A program made the translations under genes and the position numbers. Below the pieces are notes generated by a model that saw only the letters and a program-made list of their open reading frames with translations, did not search any database and was not told where the DNA came from. Below, in pieces: positions 9,731 through 18,479 of a stretch of DNA of 64,000 nt; the first letter of the stretch is position 1; every line of letters begins with the position of its first letter. The DNA is from Eubacteriales bacterium. GTDB lineage: Bacteria > Bacillota > Clostridia > Oscillospirales > CAG-272. The stretch spans positions 5 to 64,004 of the forward strand of contig JAZOWT010000087.1 of assembly GCA_045659365.1 (NCBI GenBank), given 5' to 3'.

Positions 9731-10774
9731 ATGGAAATGTTTCAGGCAATCATTCTTTTGATAATCGGCCTTTTGCTCCTTATTAAGGGCGGCGACTGGT
9801 TCGTTGACGGTGCTACCGGTCTTGCAAGACGCTTCAAGCTTCCCGAGATACTGATCGGTGCGACCGTCGTTTCTATCGGTACTACTCTTCCCGAGGTAAT
9901 GGTATCCGCAAGCGGTGCTATGGCAGGAAACGGTGCGATGGCATACGGTAATGCGATCGGATCTATCATTTGTAATACATCTCTTATCGCGGCAATCACT
10001 ATCGCAATCAAGCCTGCAAAGGCTGACAGAAAGAGCCTTATCCTTCCCGTAGCATTCTTCTTCGGTGCGGCAGCGTTCTATGCAATCGTGTCCTACACTC
10101 TTGGCAGGTTCTACAGATGGGTTGGTATCGTTCTTCTTTGCACATTCGTTGTTTACATGGTTCTTACCGTTCTTCGTATGAAAAAGAATCCTGACGAAGA
10201 GTCTCACGAGGATGAAGAAGAGCAGACACTTGAGAAGCTCCCCCTCGGCAAGGAGATCTGGGCGCAGGTAAGAGGTAAGAGAACTTCTGTTGTACGTGAG
10301 ATTCTTATGCTCGTTATCGGTGCGGCAGTTATCGCAGTAGGTGCAGACCTGCTTGTAGATAACGCAACGTTCATTGCAAACGAGCTTGGTGTTCCCCAGA
10401 CTGTTATCGCACTTACAATTGTAGCACTTGGTACATCTCTTCCTGAGCTTGTTACCGCTGTAACCTCCCTTATCAAGGGTCACGGCTCGCTTTCTCTTGG
10501 TAACATCATCGGTGCAAACCTTTTCAACCTCGTGCTTGTATCCGGTGTGTCCGTAGCTATCAGCCCCTTTGATGTTCCCGTAGCTGCTCAGCTCTTCGGC
10601 CAGAACGCATCCCTTGTTCTTGAGATCCCCCTTATGTTTGCCGTAATGCTTCTGATGTGCATTCCTACAATCATTCGCGGAAAGCTCTCAAGAGTTCAGG
10701 GCATCGCACTGCTTGCGCTTTATGCGGCATTCTGCGTAGCTCAGTTCGTTCTTGTTCAGCCCGTTGCTGCTTAA
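9731..10774 (+). CDS. Ca2+/Na+ antiporter (CaCA family, YrbG-like)
   Basis: Two alpha-repeat motifs, GTTLPEVMVS and GTSLPELVTAV, about 10 TM segments and an acidic central loop. Confidence 0.8.
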   Translation: MEMFQAIILLIIGLLLLIKGGDWFVDGATGLARRFKLPEILIGATVVSIGTTLPEVMVSASGAMAGNGAMAYGNAIGSIICNTSLIAAITIAIKPAKADRKSLILPVAFFFGAAAFYAIVSYTLGRFYRWVGIVLLCTFVVYMVLTVLRMKKNPDEESHEDEEEQTLEKLPLGKEIWAQVRGKRTSVVREILMLVIGAAVIAVGADLLVDNATFIANELGVPQTVIALTIVALGTSLPELVTAVTSLIKGHGSLSLGNIIGANLFNLVLVSGVSVAISPFDVPVAAQLFGQNASLVLEIPLMFAVMLLMCIPTIIRGKLSRVQGIALLALYAAFCVAQFVLVQPVAA

Positions 10775-10786
10775 AAACATATAAAG

Positions 10787-10833
10787 AAGCCCTCACTCAG
10801 TGTCAAAAACGCGACACGGGTGGGGGCTTTTTC
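10787..10833 (+). terminator. Rho-independent terminator after the antiporter gene
   Basis: Extended hairpin (10788-10796 pairs with 10820-10828, plus an inner GTGTC/GACAC stem) followed by a T-run. Confidence 0.65.
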
Positions 10834-10945
10834 ACTTTTATCCTTGGTTAATAATAGTTAAGATATTATTTGATGCTTTGTGCTTGAAGTATACGCGCGC
10901 ACGTGTTATAATACTCTCGACATTGTTTTTAACACGGAGGATGCT

Positions 10946-11692
10946 ATGTTTGGTACCACGCATATCCTGTATATGCTCATTTCCGCGATAATCAGCGCTG
11001 GTATTTTAGTATTTCTTTATGTAAAAGTAAAGGATGATGACAATAAGACACTGGCCCTGAAGCTTATGGCGGTTGTTACCGTGATCATTCACTACAGCTC
11101 ACTTTGGGTAAACTTTTTTGCTACCGGTGACAAGGCTATCGAGGAGTCACAGCTTTTGCCTATCCACCCTTGCAACGTTTGCATGTGGTTTCTTATGGCT
11201 TGCGCGTATATCAAAAACAAGGAGTCGCGCATATACAAGCTTTTATCCGAGTTCACCTTCTGGGGTGGAACGGTATGCGGAAGCATCGGTATTATAATCA
11301 ACACAAACTTTGGTAACAATCCCACTCTTGCAGACTACGACGTGCTTAAGGGTATGCTTTCACACTCTACTATGCTGCTCGGTTGTATTTACCTGCTCGT
11401 GTCGGGAATCGTCAAGATCAGAGTTACAAACGTGATCAGTGTTATTGCAGGTCTTTCCTTCTTCGTTATAGACGGCACGATCATAAACACTCTTTACACC
11501 GTATTCGGCCGTGAGGCATGCAACTCTATGTATTTACAGGAGCTCCCCTTCCCTGATATGCCCTGGCTCAACACCCTGACGATGGGTATCCTCGGCGTGC
11601 TTGTTGCATTCGTCGGAACGGTTATATATGAATTCATAGCACTTCCTGCACCTGAACGTTGGTATTCAAAGCTTAAAAGGAGATCTAACTGA
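10946..11692 (+). CDS. Polytopic membrane protein, YwaF/TIGR02206-like
   Basis: About 7 TM segments and an LPIHPCN motif (family PLHLC-type motif). GGAGG RBS before the ATG at 10946. Confidence 0.45.
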   Translation: MFGTTHILYMLISAIISAGILVFLYVKVKDDDNKTLALKLMAVVTVIIHYSSLWVNFFATGDKAIEESQLLPIHPCNVCMWFLMACAYIKNKESRIYKLLSEFTFWGGTVCGSIGIIINTNFGNNPTLADYDVLKGMLSHSTMLLGCIYLLVSGIVKIRVTNVISVIAGLSFFVIDGTIINTLYTVFGREACNSMYLQELPFPDMPWLNTLTMGILGVLVAFVGTVIYEFIALPAPERWYSKLKRRSN

Positions 11693-12480
11693 TGAGAGAA
11701 TTTGCAATTTGGCTTTTTAGTGATGACAAGCCCTTAAACATCGACGTATTTTCGCCCTTTCATATACTCTATGCCGTAGTAATAATCGGCCTTACCATCC
11801 TGCTCGGAATTTATCTTTCCAAAAAGGATGAAACGGTTCAGAATCGTGTGCTCAGCATTATCGCATTCGCGACCGCATTCCTTTACCTGTCTGATTTCTT
11901 TATTCAGCCCCTTATGCACGGCGATGCCGCCGTACAGGGCGAGATGAACATAGATAAGCTCCCCTTCCATATTTGCACGCTCCTTTGCCCTCTTATCAAC
12001 TTTGTACAGTTCAACAAGTGCTGTGAGAAGCTTATGAAGGCTATAAGAGAGCCTGTTACTATTATGGCAATAGTCGGTCCGCTTATGTACATCTGTTATC
12101 CCAACGGTGCGGTTGGAGATATTTCTCCCATCTGCTACAAGATTCTTCAGACATTTATCTATCACGGTCTTGTATTCTCCTGGGGATTCAACATGATCGC
12201 TACAAAGAAGGTTATCCCCTCTATCAAGAGAAGCTGGCGCACACTTGTGGCGCTTGGCTGTGTGGCACTGTGGGCTTCCCTCGGTAATGCACTTTACATA
12301 AACCCCGAGAAGCACTACGACTGGTTCTTCCTTACCGGAAGCTCATTCGACTTCATCCCCGCACAGTTGATGCCTGTTGTTGTTATCGGCTCGATCTTCT
12401 GCGTTTCGCTTATGGTTTACGGCATTTACTACGCGGTAATGGCAGTAAAGAAAAATGTTGCTGCAAAGAAAGCGGCATAA
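11692..12480 (+). CDS. Polytopic membrane protein, YwaF/TIGR02206-like; tandem paralog
   Basis: LPFHICT motif and similar topology. Its ATG overlaps the upstream TGA (TGATG). Confidence 0.45.
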   Translation: MREFAIWLFSDDKPLNIDVFSPFHILYAVVIIGLTILLGIYLSKKDETVQNRVLSIIAFATAFLYLSDFFIQPLMHGDAAVQGEMNIDKLPFHICTLLCPLINFVQFNKCCEKLMKAIREPVTIMAIVGPLMYICYPNGAVGDISPICYKILQTFIYHGLVFSWGFNMIATKKVIPSIKRSWRTLVALGCVALWASLGNALYINPEKHYDWFFLTGSSFDFIPAQLMPVVVIGSIFCVSLMVYGIYYAVMAVKKNVAAKKAA

Positions 12481-12489
12481 AATACAAAA

Positions 12490-12524
12490 GGACGAAAGCA
12501 TATCGCTTTCGTCCTTTATTTTTG
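12490..12524. terminator. Bidirectional rho-independent terminator
   Basis: GGACGAAAGC, loop ATAT(C), GCTTTCGTCC, then TTTATTTTTG. Lies between convergent genes. Confidence 0.75.
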
Positions 12525-12525
12525 T

Positions 12526-13503
12526 TCAAAGGAAACGCTTACGTGCCTCAATTTTTGCGTTTGGCAAATAGTCGGCAGGTGGGATATCAAGCAGCGTTTT
12601 ACATCCAATCTCACCTCTGTGTGACATTTTATGAGCTGCGCGGGCAACACTGACCATGACACTGCCGGTAAACTCCGGGTTGGAGTCAAGGCTTAGCGAA
12701 AGCTCTGCCGTATGGATGTGCTCGCCACCCTGCCCTGTCCTGCCGTTTCTTATTACGTGACCGCCGTGGGGCATAGCATAATGATACCGCCGAAGCTCAT
12801 CTAACGTTATAAAATGAACCGCAGTGTCGTAACCTGCAAAATAGCCGGGCATGGACCTTATCTCTCGCTCTATTTCATCGGTATCGGCACTATCCTCAGC
12901 GACAACATAGCACTCTCTATAGTGCATATCATTTGCAGAAAAATGCGACACGGCTCCCACCCTTGCCATTCTGATAGCATCATCGTAGGGGATAGTATAC
13001 TGCCGCGCATCGATCACACCGGGAATGTGCCGTATGGCATCAGAGTGCCCCTGACTGACTCCGCTGCCCCAGAAGGTATAGCTGTTTCCGTCCGGTAAAA
13101 AGGCAGAGAAATATGCGCGAATTATTGAAAACAATCCGGGGTCCCAGCCGGCACTTATGACGGCAACCTTGCCGCCAATTTTAGCGGCATCATCGACTGC
13201 TTCAAAATGCTCAGGGATTTTATTGTGAGCATCAAAGCTATCGACTACGTTAAAGTGTCGTGCGAGATATGGCGTCATCACGGGGAGGTCGGTGGCACTG
13301 CCGCCACATATGACGAGGACCTCAATATCATCCTTGAAATCCAGGACGGAGGAGGCAGGATAAACCGAGGCTCCGCTCAGTGATACCACCTCACCCGGAG
13401 GGCGGCGAGTGAAGATGCCAACCAGCTCGGCATCGCTACTGAGAGACGTGGCGCACTCGACTCCGCGACCGAGGTTTCCGTATCCGTATATTCCTATTTT
13501 CAA
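12526..13503 (-). CDS. ddh: meso-Diaminopimelate D-dehydrogenase
   Basis: A TTG start gives the N-terminus MKIGIYGYGNLGR (Rossmann fold). AGGAGGG lies 8 nt upstream. The track ATG at 13530 would overlap dapB. Confidence 0.85.
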   Translation of the reverse strand: MKIGIYGYGNLGRGVECATSLSSDAELVGIFTRRPPGEVVSLSGASVYPASSVLDFKDDIEVLVICGGSATDLPVMTPYLARHFNVVDSFDAHNKIPEHFEAVDDAAKIGGKVAVISAGWDPGLFSIIRAYFSAFLPDGNSYTFWGSGVSQGHSDAIRHIPGVIDARQYTIPYDDAIRMARVGAVSHFSANDMHYRECYVVAEDSADTDEIEREIRSMPGYFAGYDTAVHFITLDELRRYHYAMPHGGHVIRNGRTGQGGEHIHTAELSLSLDSNPEFTGSVMVSVARAAHKMSHRGEIGCKTLLDIPPADYLPNAKIEARKRFL

Positions 13504-13519
13504 CCTGAATGCCCTCCTG

Positions 13520-14272
13520 CTATATATCACCGCTTATAAGATTTTTCATACCGTAAAGTCCGGCCGGACACCCGATTATAAACTCTGCAGCAACGATCGC
13601 CCCCTCGGCAAAAAGAGTCCTGTTATGTGCCTCGTGCTTAAGGGTTATCGTCTGATTGGCGGTTGCTATCATTACCTCGTGCTCTCCGACCGAGCTTCCG
13701 ATCCTGATCGAGTGAATTCCTATTTCGTGCGCGGCACGTGGAGAAAGGCCGCACCTTGCACTTTTTACATATGCCTCCGGACGTATATCGCGAAGCGCGT
13801 CTGCAACCATCAGAGCGGTGCCGCTTGGGGCATCGACCTTTCTGTTATGGTGCTTCTCTACTATTTCGATCTCGGCATCGGGCATAGCGAGTGCCGCCGT
13901 CCTTGCAAGCTCCACCAGAAGAGCGACACCGAGCGCCATGTTTGCAGAGTGGAATACAGGAATGTGGCTTGCGTAGTGACGGATCAGGGCAAGCTCCTCT
14001 TCGGTATGGCCGGTGGTGGCTATTACCGTAGGTATTTTAAGCCTTGCAGCAAGCTCCAGAACCTCACCTACTGCGGCGTGATTAGAAAAATCCACTATGC
14101 AGTCCACACCACATGCAGAATCGATCATAGAGCAGGACGGATATACATTATCGCCCGCAACAGCACACCGGTCGACACCGATCAGTAATTTTGCGCCGCG
14201 ATACCCCTGAGTGCAAAGAGCCACCAACTCGCGCCCCATATATCCAAGAAATCCGTTTATAAGCAGGTTCAT
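13520..14272 (-). CDS. dapB: 4-hydroxy-tetrahydrodipicolinate reductase
   Basis: Motifs INGFLGYMGRE, EIVEKHHNRKVDAPSGTA and HSIRIGSSVGEHEV. Confidence 0.85.
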   Translation of the reverse strand: MNLLINGFLGYMGRELVALCTQGYRGAKLLIGVDRCAVAGDNVYPSCSMIDSACGVDCIVDFSNHAAVGEVLELAARLKIPTVIATTGHTEEELALIRHYASHIPVFHSANMALGVALLVELARTAALAMPDAEIEIVEKHHNRKVDAPSGTALMVADALRDIRPEAYVKSARCGLSPRAAHEIGIHSIRIGSSVGEHEVMIATANQTITLKHEAHNRTLFAEGAIVAAEFIIGCPAGLYGMKNLISGDI

Positions 14273-14304
14273 ATTATAAATTCCTACCTAGATTGTATTT
14301 TTTT

Positions 14305-14333
14305 ATTGACTTGACGGTTTTTTTGTAGTATAA
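14305..14333 (+). promoter_or_regulatory. Near-consensus sigma-A promoter for the small ORF and the rluA-family gene
   Basis: TTGACT (14305-14310), 17-nt spacer, TATAAT (14328-14333). Confidence 0.6.
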
Positions 14334-14372
14334 TATCTCCATTAAATATGTATTTATCAGGAGTATGAAAAT

Positions 14373-14519
14373 ATGATAAGAAAGAATTACGAGGCTCCCG
14401 CTATTGAGATCGTGGTAGTAGAGTGCGAGGACGTTATTACAACCAGCATTCTTCTGCCTCCTTATGAGTTCGGAACGTCTCCGAGCAACACAGAGCGCGG
14501 TGGATATGACGTTTTCTGA
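14373..14519 (+). CDS. Unannotated 48-codon ORF (MIRKNYEAPAIEIVVVECEDVITTSILLPPYEFGTSPSNTERGGYDVF)
   Basis: ATG lies 9 nt after CAGGAG and about 40 nt downstream of the consensus promoter. Its stop overlaps the rluA-family start by 14 nt. It falls below the 60-aa cutoff of the ORF track. Confidence 0.4.
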   Translation: MIRKNYEAPAIEIVVVECEDVITTSILLPPYEFGTSPSNTERGGYDVF

Positions 14520-15360
14520 CGGTGGCGACCGTATTATAACAGAAGTTGACGAGAGGTACGACGGACGGCTGATAAAGGAATTTTTAAAGGGGCGCGTCGG
14601 ACTTTCCACTACTCTTCTCTCAAAGGTGAAGTACGGCGGTGTGCGAGTATGCGGCGAGGTCGTGACAATGCGCAGGATCGTACACACCGGCGACGAGGTG
14701 GAGATCTGCCTGCCTAAAGAAAACAGCGAGAATATCAAGCCGATCGAGGGCGACTTAGACGTTCTATATGAGGACGATCACATACTCGTTGTCAACAAGC
14801 CTACAAACATGCCGGTACACCCATCGCGAGGAAATCACCTTGTAACACTCGGAAACGTGGTAATGGCATACCTAGGTGACAAAGTGGTGTTCAGGGCGGT
14901 GAACCGACTTGACCGCGACACATCAGGTATAGTAGTGATAGCCAAGCATCAGTACGCGGCAGGGCGACTGTCGGAGGATATGAAGCGCAGCGGATTTGAA
15001 AAATACTATACAGCACTTCTCGAGTGCGCGCCCGACAGTCTTAGCGGAATTATCGATGCACCGATAGAGCGAGAGGCCCCGGACAGTATAAAGCGCGTGG
15101 TACGTGAGGACGGAAAGAGAGCGGTTACCGAATACGCGATAAGAGAGGTTCTCGACGACGGACGTGCTGTTTGTGACGTAAGGCTACACACCGGCCGCAC
15201 ACATCAGATACGCGTACACATGGCACATATAGGCGCACCTCTGTATGCAGATTTCCTTTACGGCAGAAGGATCGAGGGAGAGAGCTATTCCCTTGTGTCA
15301 TCGAGAATTGTATTTAACCACCCGGTAACGGGAGAAAAAATGGATATAAGCATAAAATAA
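14506..15360 (+). CDS. RluA-family pseudouridine synthase with an S4 domain
   Basis: S4-like segment RLIKEFLKGRVGLS and catalytic block NRLDRDTSGIVVIAK...GRTHQIRVHMA. Start taken at MTFSDGG (14506). Confidence 0.85.
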   Translation: MTFSDGGDRIITEVDERYDGRLIKEFLKGRVGLSTTLLSKVKYGGVRVCGEVVTMRRIVHTGDEVEICLPKENSENIKPIEGDLDVLYEDDHILVVNKPTNMPVHPSRGNHLVTLGNVVMAYLGDKVVFRAVNRLDRDTSGIVVIAKHQYAAGRLSEDMKRSGFEKYYTALLECAPDSLSGIIDAPIEREAPDSIKRVVREDGKRAVTEYAIREVLDDGRAVCDVRLHTGRTHQIRVHMAHIGAPLYADFLYGRRIEGESYSLVSSRIVFNHPVTGEKMDISIK

Positions 15361-15390
15361 GAGCAGACACGGAATTGTGTCTGCTCTTAT
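15360..15390. terminator. Bidirectional terminator
   Basis: GAGCAGACAC (15361-15370), loop GGAATT, GTGTCTGCTC (15377-15386), flanked by A-rich and T-rich tracts. Confidence 0.8.
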
Positions 15391-15391
15391 T

Positions 15392-16147
15392 TTATATTTC
15401 GGCTTTAGCGTAAAGAGTTGCTCTGCCGCGCTTACCTATCTCGCATACAGCACCGACGGCAACAAGCAGCTTAAGTACGTAAAACGTATAACGTGACGTG
15501 CGCTTTATTGCCTTTGAAAGCTCAGATGCAGTAAACTGCATAGGGAGTGCGGGCGGAAGCTGAGATACGTAATCGTCAGTCGAAAAGAGCTCCTCCTCGC
15601 GTATTATACGAGTCGGTATCCGCTCGATACGGTTGGAGCCGCGCTTACGCGTCTTATCCCATCCGTCAAGCGCTCGGAAATCCTCTACCTGCATATGTAC
15701 AAGACGTACGGTGAGGTTTGGATGTGTAATGATCTCGCGTATGCCGAAGAGCATGCGAAAGGCATCATAGACGTTTTCGTGCTTCGGACTTTTCCTGCGC
15801 TCTGACATCTCACCTGTTGTATGATCGAGCCAACGCGTATACTTTTCGGTGGCGAGGGGACAAACAACGGTGACGGGCACGGAGGGGAGAATGCGGCGAA
15901 GCTTCGGAACAAGCCTTTCGTAGGCCTTAGTCTGCACCTCGTATATTCTTTCGTCGCACTTTACGTCGACAATCGAGCCCATATAGGCTACCTCGTGCCT
16001 GGTTGTATCGGGCTCGATATACAATTTCAGAATTTTGTGAAGCGATCGCTCTGAAAGAGTGCCTATCCCCTCCCAAGCGACGCTCTCGGAGAGGACGTCG
16101 GCTCTTGCTGTCTGAAAGCGGGCTTCGTCCGTTATTATCTCGGGCAT
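15392..16147 (-). CDS. Hypothetical protein; tentative restriction-endonuclease-like N-domain plus C-terminal winged-helix-like region
   Basis: Start at MPEIITDE, 10 nt after the BY-kinase stop. Segment IVDVKCDERIYEVQTK resembles a D...E-x-Q/K nuclease core. The C-terminus FTASELSKAIKRTSRYTFYVLKLLVAVGAV looks HTH-like. Confidence 0.55.
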   Translation of the reverse strand: MPEIITDEARFQTARADVLSESVAWEGIGTLSERSLHKILKLYIEPDTTRHEVAYMGSIVDVKCDERIYEVQTKAYERLVPKLRRILPSVPVTVVCPLATEKYTRWLDHTTGEMSERRKSPKHENVYDAFRMLFGIREIITHPNLTVRLVHMQVEDFRALDGWDKTRKRGSNRIERIPTRIIREEELFSTDDYVSQLPPALPMQFTASELSKAIKRTSRYTFYVLKLLVAVGAVCEIGKRGRATLYAKAEI

Positions 16148-16157
16148 TGACTTAAGC

Positions 16158-17687
16158 TTACACTGTTTTGTCAGTGCGGTAGGGAGTGTAGTACGCGCGA
16201 GAGCTGTACTTACCCTTTTTAGCATAATAATATGCAGATCCGGACTTGAGATCCACACCGTTTACAACATAGCCGACAATACGGCCGTTTACACCCTTGA
16301 TAAGCTCCTCGGACGTATCAATAGCATCAACGTCGGAGTAGTTGCTTCTGGCAACCATTACCGTACCGGTAAGAACCTGGGAAATAACACCGATATCCGA
16401 AACCTCGAATGCGGGAGGAGTATCGATTATGATGAAATCGTACTTTTCCTTTGCACTTGCTATGAGCTCCTTCATCTTCTCGCTACCGAGAAGCTCGGAG
16501 GGATTGGGAGGAATGCAGCCGGAGAAAATTATATCAAGGTTTTTATTGTACTTGTATATAACATCGTCCTCGGAGGCAACGTTACCACTGAGAATTTCAG
16601 ATACACCGAACTTTGCATCAGCGGCAAAGATTCTTACAATCTCGGGACGGCGCAGGTCACAGTCAAGAAGAAGGGTGCGCTTACCAAGTAAGGAAAGGGA
16701 GAGTGCGACGTTGGATGAAATAACACTCTTGCCGGCACCGGAGAAGTCAGAGGTGACCGCGAACACGGGACACTTCTCTGCCGCGGTCGAATAGCAAAGG
16801 TTGGTACGCAGAGTGTTGAATGCCTCGGAGACTGCAAAGGGGGTATCCTTGCAAAGTAGCTTGCCGGTATAATCACGGTTGCGGCCGAGGTCTATCCTGC
16901 CATGCTTCTTACGTGAGGACTTCTTGCCGTTCTCACCCGATCCCCATTCGGGAATAATACCTATAACGGGTGAGGTGAAGCGGGATTTTATAGTTGAGTC
17001 ATCATAAACCTTGGTATCGTTTATGTAAACGAGGAATGCTACGACATAGCTCACAACGAATGCAGCCGCCATACCGACAAGGGCATACTTAACTGCGGAG
17101 CTACGAACCTCGCGCACGTCATCTATGCTCTCGGTTTTTGCAAGGGGCTTAATCGTTGTGGATATTTTACTGCTTTCGGTAAGCGTGTACATATCCTCTA
17201 CAACACCGGGAAGAACCGACTGAACCGCGGTAATAACGTCGTAGGTCTGCTGAATGTCATATGAGGTTACGGTAACGGTAAATATAGCCGAGTCGGCAGA
17301 GGGCTTGCCTGCGCTTACCATAGAGGCGACCTTGCTGATAGCGGTAGATCTGTCAACGCCGAGAGCCTTATCGAGTCTATGCTGATCAACCGCCTCTGCT
17401 ATCACGCAATCCTCACGGATTATGTCAACACAGTTGTCGGCAATAGCCTCGGCCGCGGTGAGCATCGTTACGTCGATGTATTCCTTATCGGGAAGAACGT
17501 TTATGACGTTAAATCTGGCGCTTGCAGAGTATCTGGTACGTGTAAATAGCTTAACGTACGCGCCTGCCAGAGCACCCACGAGCACGGTTATGATCGCGAT
17601 CACAATGACAAATTTCTTTAAAACGTCCAAAAGCAATGAAAACTTAATTTCGGATCGCTTCTTTGCGCTTTTCACTTCGTTGTTCAT
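16158..17687 (-). CDS. Fused Wzz-type chain-length-determinant domain and bacterial tyrosine (BY) autokinase
   Basis: Two TM segments flank an extracellular domain. Walker A SGAGKSV, Walker A' LLLDCDLRRP, Walker B DFIIIDTPP. C-terminal Tyr cluster SAYYYAKKGKYSSRAYYTPY. Confidence 0.85.
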   Translation of the reverse strand: MNNEVKSAKKRSEIKFSLLLDVLKKFVIVIAIITVLVGALAGAYVKLFTRTRYSASARFNVINVLPDKEYIDVTMLTAAEAIADNCVDIIREDCVIAEAVDQHRLDKALGVDRSTAISKVASMVSAGKPSADSAIFTVTVTSYDIQQTYDVITAVQSVLPGVVEDMYTLTESSKISTTIKPLAKTESIDDVREVRSSAVKYALVGMAAAFVVSYVVAFLVYINDTKVYDDSTIKSRFTSPVIGIIPEWGSGENGKKSSRKKHGRIDLGRNRDYTGKLLCKDTPFAVSEAFNTLRTNLCYSTAAEKCPVFAVTSDFSGAGKSVISSNVALSLSLLGKRTLLLDCDLRRPEIVRIFAADAKFGVSEILSGNVASEDDVIYKYNKNLDIIFSGCIPPNPSELLGSEKMKELIASAKEKYDFIIIDTPPAFEVSDIGVISQVLTGTVMVARSNYSDVDAIDTSEELIKGVNGRIVGYVVNGVDLKSGSAYYYAKKGKYSSRAYYTPYRTDKTV

Positions 17688-17753
17688 TTAAAACTCCATT
17701 CCGTCGCCGGATGACGACTATGCAAAGGTTATGCTTCGAGCCATAGCCCGTAG

Positions 17754-18470
17754 TTACTCTGTGGTTTTGCCCTCTACGAAGGCACTGTACGCAACGCGCG
17801 CAGCCTCGGGATCCATATTGCACTCAAGCTCATACAGAGGTACCGTCGAAAGTATTTCGTCAGCAATTCGCATTGAGCGAGCTATCGAAAGGCCGCTGGT
17901 CTTTGAAATGTATATCTGGTTCATAAGGCGCATGGAAACCTGATCGGGTGTCGCCTTGCGCGATCTGTTTGTTATGCCTCTTGAGAGAAAGGCAATACCG
18001 CCAATGGGGAGCATAGCATTATAGCCATAGCCCTCCTTCCCTCTCCAGGGAGTTGAGCAGGCATAGGGTACACCGTCTATTATTCTGAAGATCGGCTTAT
18101 CTCCGTTGAGTATTTTCACCTTGTCTCCGAACTCGGAGAGCCAAAGGCGGGTATGTGTTGTTTTACCGACTCCGCTATGGGCGGTCACGGCATATGCGCG
18201 ACCGTCATATTCAAGTATCGCACCGTGAAAAACAAGTGCGGAAAACTCAGACAGGCGCTCGGCTATCTTGCGGTACATAACTACGTTTTCGACGTATTGA
18301 TCAGGAAGTGTGACACCGGACATCTTGCATTCGTACTCAATGTCGGCATCGGTTGAGGATACAGTGAAGAGCGGCTGCTCATCACACACAAACTCGGAAA
18401 CGTATTTCTCGGTATATTCGAATCTTGCATCGATCCCTATTGGGATACCTGCTATTTTTATTGTAACCAT
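17754..18470 (-). CDS. HprK-related P-loop kinase-like protein
   Basis: AHSGVGKTTHTRLW...ILNGDKP resembles the P-loop and downstream DD region of the HPr kinase C-domain. Starts 9 nt after the LRR gene's stop. Confidence 0.45.
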   Translation of the reverse strand: MVTIKIAGIPIGIDARFEYTEKYVSEFVCDEQPLFTVSSTDADIEYECKMSGVTLPDQYVENVVMYRKIAERLSEFSALVFHGAILEYDGRAYAVTAHSGVGKTTHTRLWLSEFGDKVKILNGDKPIFRIIDGVPYACSTPWRGKEGYGYNAMLPIGGIAFLSRGITNRSRKATPDQVSMRLMNQIYISKTSGLSIARSMRIADEILSTVPLYELECNMDPEAARVAYSAFVEGKTTE

Positions 18471-18479
18471 ATGCCCTCC

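Noticed and set aside
9719-10483. 254-aa Cys-rich minus-strand ORF
   Set aside because: It is antisense to the well-supported CaCA antiporter gene. The Cys richness reflects GCA/ACA-type codons on the opposite strand.
13409-14188. 259-aa plus-strand ORF
   Set aside because: It is antisense to dapB and the ddh start, with no motif support.
14274-14738. 154-aa minus-strand ORF spanning the dapB/rluA intergenic region
   Set aside because: It runs through a consensus plus-strand promoter and antisense to the rluA-family gene. It has no RBS and its composition is implausible.
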